Positions 61,328 to 64,000 of a stretch of 64,000 bases of DNA are shown piece after piece (position 1 is the first letter of the stretch; each line of letters opens with the position of its first letter). Source of the DNA: Eledone cirrhosa (lineage: Eukaryota); contig OZ024745.1 in assembly GCA_964016885.1 (NCBI GenBank), forward strand, positions 34,844,001 to 34,908,000, given 5' to 3'. A program made the position numbers and the translations under genes. The notes beneath the pieces were generated by a model. It was not told the DNA's origin. It saw nothing but the letters and a program-made list of their open reading frames with translations, and did not search any database.

Positions 61328-63069
61328 TTATTAAATTATTATTACTGCCCTAGTAATTGCAGTTCACATTTTCACACCAAAATGTCCCATATCTTTCTTT
61401 TAGGAATAAATGTTTAAAATAAAAAGCAAAAAAATTTAAAATAACATTTTAAGTTTGTCACATTATAATAAATAGCTTGTCACATTCTACTAGTTTGTCA
61501 CATTCTAATGACTTGTTATATTATAATAGTTTGTCACAGTCTAATAGTTTATCACATCTTCTCACCACATAATTTACTTATAGTTAGCTATTAAATGCTC
61601 CCTGCATTGGTTTTCATGCAGATGACATCTCTGAGTAATTTATTCCTCTAAACAACAATTCTAGTTTTCTATGTCAAGTAGTGTACTTTCCTGTACATTT
61701 ACTTAGTGATTCTTTCATCACTGCTTCAGCAAGTGGAGTTGAAGTCTATGCTTCACTGATGAAGTTATAATCAAATCAAAACATGTCTGGAGTTGTTTCT
61801 CCTACTTGTCGAAATAATAAAAATAATGATAGCCACTGACTAATGTTATTTGATTCTTCACCACATAATTATTTCTAGTTCGCTTTTTAATGCTTCTTGC
61901 ATTAAATATGTTAACACTGAACACATTATAATAGTTTGCATTTAAAGCTTTCACTCTGTGTAGGATAAGAACATTTCTGATTTCAAAATTATAATTCTAT
62001 CTCTGTCTCTATTTCTATTCTTATCCCTCCCTCTTGACTTCTGTCTTTCTCTCTGTCTCTGTCTGTCTCTCTTACTCTCTTGTTCACTATTTATCTATCT
62101 CTTTCACACACTCTCTGCCTTTCTCTTCTTTCTGTTCCTCTCATTCACTTAATCTCATTTTCTTGATAGATCTAGACCTTGTTTTTGTCCACAACTCCAT
62201 GACTATCCTTTATCTTTATAAGAAGCATGTAGCTGAAAAAGCATTGCAAACATTTTGGATGTAAGTAAAAAATAAATCGGAAAATAAAACGAAACTGCAT
62301 AACTTTTTGTATTTAGTAGACAAACCAATCACCTTAAATCAATCAATTATCTTTAATTGGATCAACAGATAACCCTTTAAACACCATAATAATTTAATAT
62401 AATCTGAGATTTCTTTCAGAAGTACCACCAGTGATCCAATTTACCCCATGTTGTAACAATAAAAATCATTTTATTTGACAGTAAAATTTATTTACTTATT
62501 CTTAAACATCTTTACATGTAATCCACTTTTTCTTCCTTTTTGTTTATTTTGCATTCTAATTGAGTTCCTTCTGTTGTTGTTGCTGTTGTTTTTGTTGATG
62601 GTTTTTTTTTTTTTGGTAAGATATATTTTAATTAATTTCTTTTTAAATTAACTTCAAAGGATTGAACAAGCTTTGTGACTGTTATTCAATAACCATTTAG
62701 TTTCTAAGACAATTATTAAAGACGCTACAAAGATATATGAAAAACAGAACTCTATGCTGTGGATTAAAGGGAAATCAAGGGAGTCACTATGTGGTTGTTC
62801 AATCTTCTAGAAACAGTAGCCACATCGTCCTAAAATCACACCAATGTACTCAAAGAAGAAGATGCATTAGATTAGTTAGTCCCATGTCTGAAAAAGAATG
62901 TGATGGTCATGTCTGAAACACATTTGATTAAAGGTTTGCTAAACTAGGGATGGTCTTGGGTTCTAAAAACAGTAAAAAGAAGGCAAAAGAGTTTAAGAAT
63001 GAAATGATGGAAAATTTCTCCAGTAATTTCCTTGTTAACATATCATGTAATCTATCATTGTAAAATTTC

Positions 63070-63545
63070 AATAAAGAAGGATATTTACTAAGGCAGGTCA
63101 TTTGGTAGGGAAGAATATTTAGTAGAGAAAGATAATTTAAAGGAAGGACTGATTATGTCGTAGGAAAGGACATTTGATAAGAAATAGTATTGACAAGGAA
63201 AAATATTTTTAGAGAAAAGTATTTGGTAAAGAAGACCATTTGGTAAGGAAGGATAATTTAAAGAATTGATAATTGGTAAGGAAGGACTATTTGTAAGTAT
63301 AAATGGTTATTTGACATACAATGCTATTTTGTGAGGAAGTGTTCTTGATAAGGAAGGATTATTTTGAAAAGAACAATTTAGAAGTAGTATTATTTGGTAA
63401 GATAGGACATTTAGTATAGAAGGGTATTTACTAAGGAAGGATAATTGGCAAAGAACGTGTGGTATAAAGGACATTTGACAAGGAATGATATTGGTAAAGA
63501 AACATATTTGGTAAGCAATTGCTAAGGAAGAATATTGTGTATGGA
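63070..63545. repeat. Degenerate ~20-bp purine-rich tandem repeat
   Basis: Recurrent tttggtaaggaagga-like unit. Confidence 0.75.
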
Positions 63546-63718
63546 AGTATTACAACCATAGTTGCATTTTTTCTGAAAGCTCAATATAATATTTCCACTG
63601 AAATACAAATGTAAATAAATCTACTTAGAGAGAGAGAGGAAGAGAGATGTATGTGTGTGCATAAACCAGCAGCTACAGAGAAACTTATTTTGATAAAACC
63701 GGAAAACATATTAATGCG

Positions 63719-63754
<36 letters not shown>

Positions 63755-64000
63755 CAAGCAGTATAACACAACACATATTCTGCACAATCACCACCACCAA
63801 AAATAATAGAATACATAGCCCTCACATCATGAATATTTAACATTATAATGACAACTCACATTTCACATCCATACAGATGAAACGCTAACATAACTCCAGA
63901 AACAACCAATTATATCCCACAATACAGCAACACTGCTGTAATATACACCCTTAATAAAAGACAACAAAAACAAACACTGCTGTACACATCAAACATCTCA

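Overview
AT-rich, microsatellite-dense animal genomic DNA, most likely an octopod cephalopod (inferred from the SINE repertoire and channel sequence; not provable here). The + strand carries the 3' part of one HCN/Ih channel gene, most of which the ORF track misses. Five hand-spliced GT-AG exons join in frame: S5 (15066-15215), pore CIGYG + S6 (29581-29799), C-linker (36915-37061), CNBD beta-roll (41158-41401) and CNBD end plus a long charged tail (57971-59508). I found no S1-S4 exons in the window. The introns hold MetaSINE-type and other tRNA-SINEs, RTE, Tx1/L1 and Hero-like LINE remnants, Tigger, piggyBac and Helitron-like relics, (TA)n tracts and a 5.1 kb 16-bp minisatellite. Main observations: (1) a swarm of short Penelope-like elements inserted in (TA)n, many fold-back, carrying type-I hammerhead ribozyme motifs (including a U3-A8 core variant and several sense-strand intronic copies) and sharing a covarying bulged 3' hairpin; (2) candidate unannotated HCN splicing events: a 51-nt S4-S5 linker cassette, a +5 donor whose frame is restored by a 16-nt microexon, and a Tx1-supplied acceptor/polyA that could truncate the CNBD. 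All RNA structures and splice variants were read by eye and are untested.
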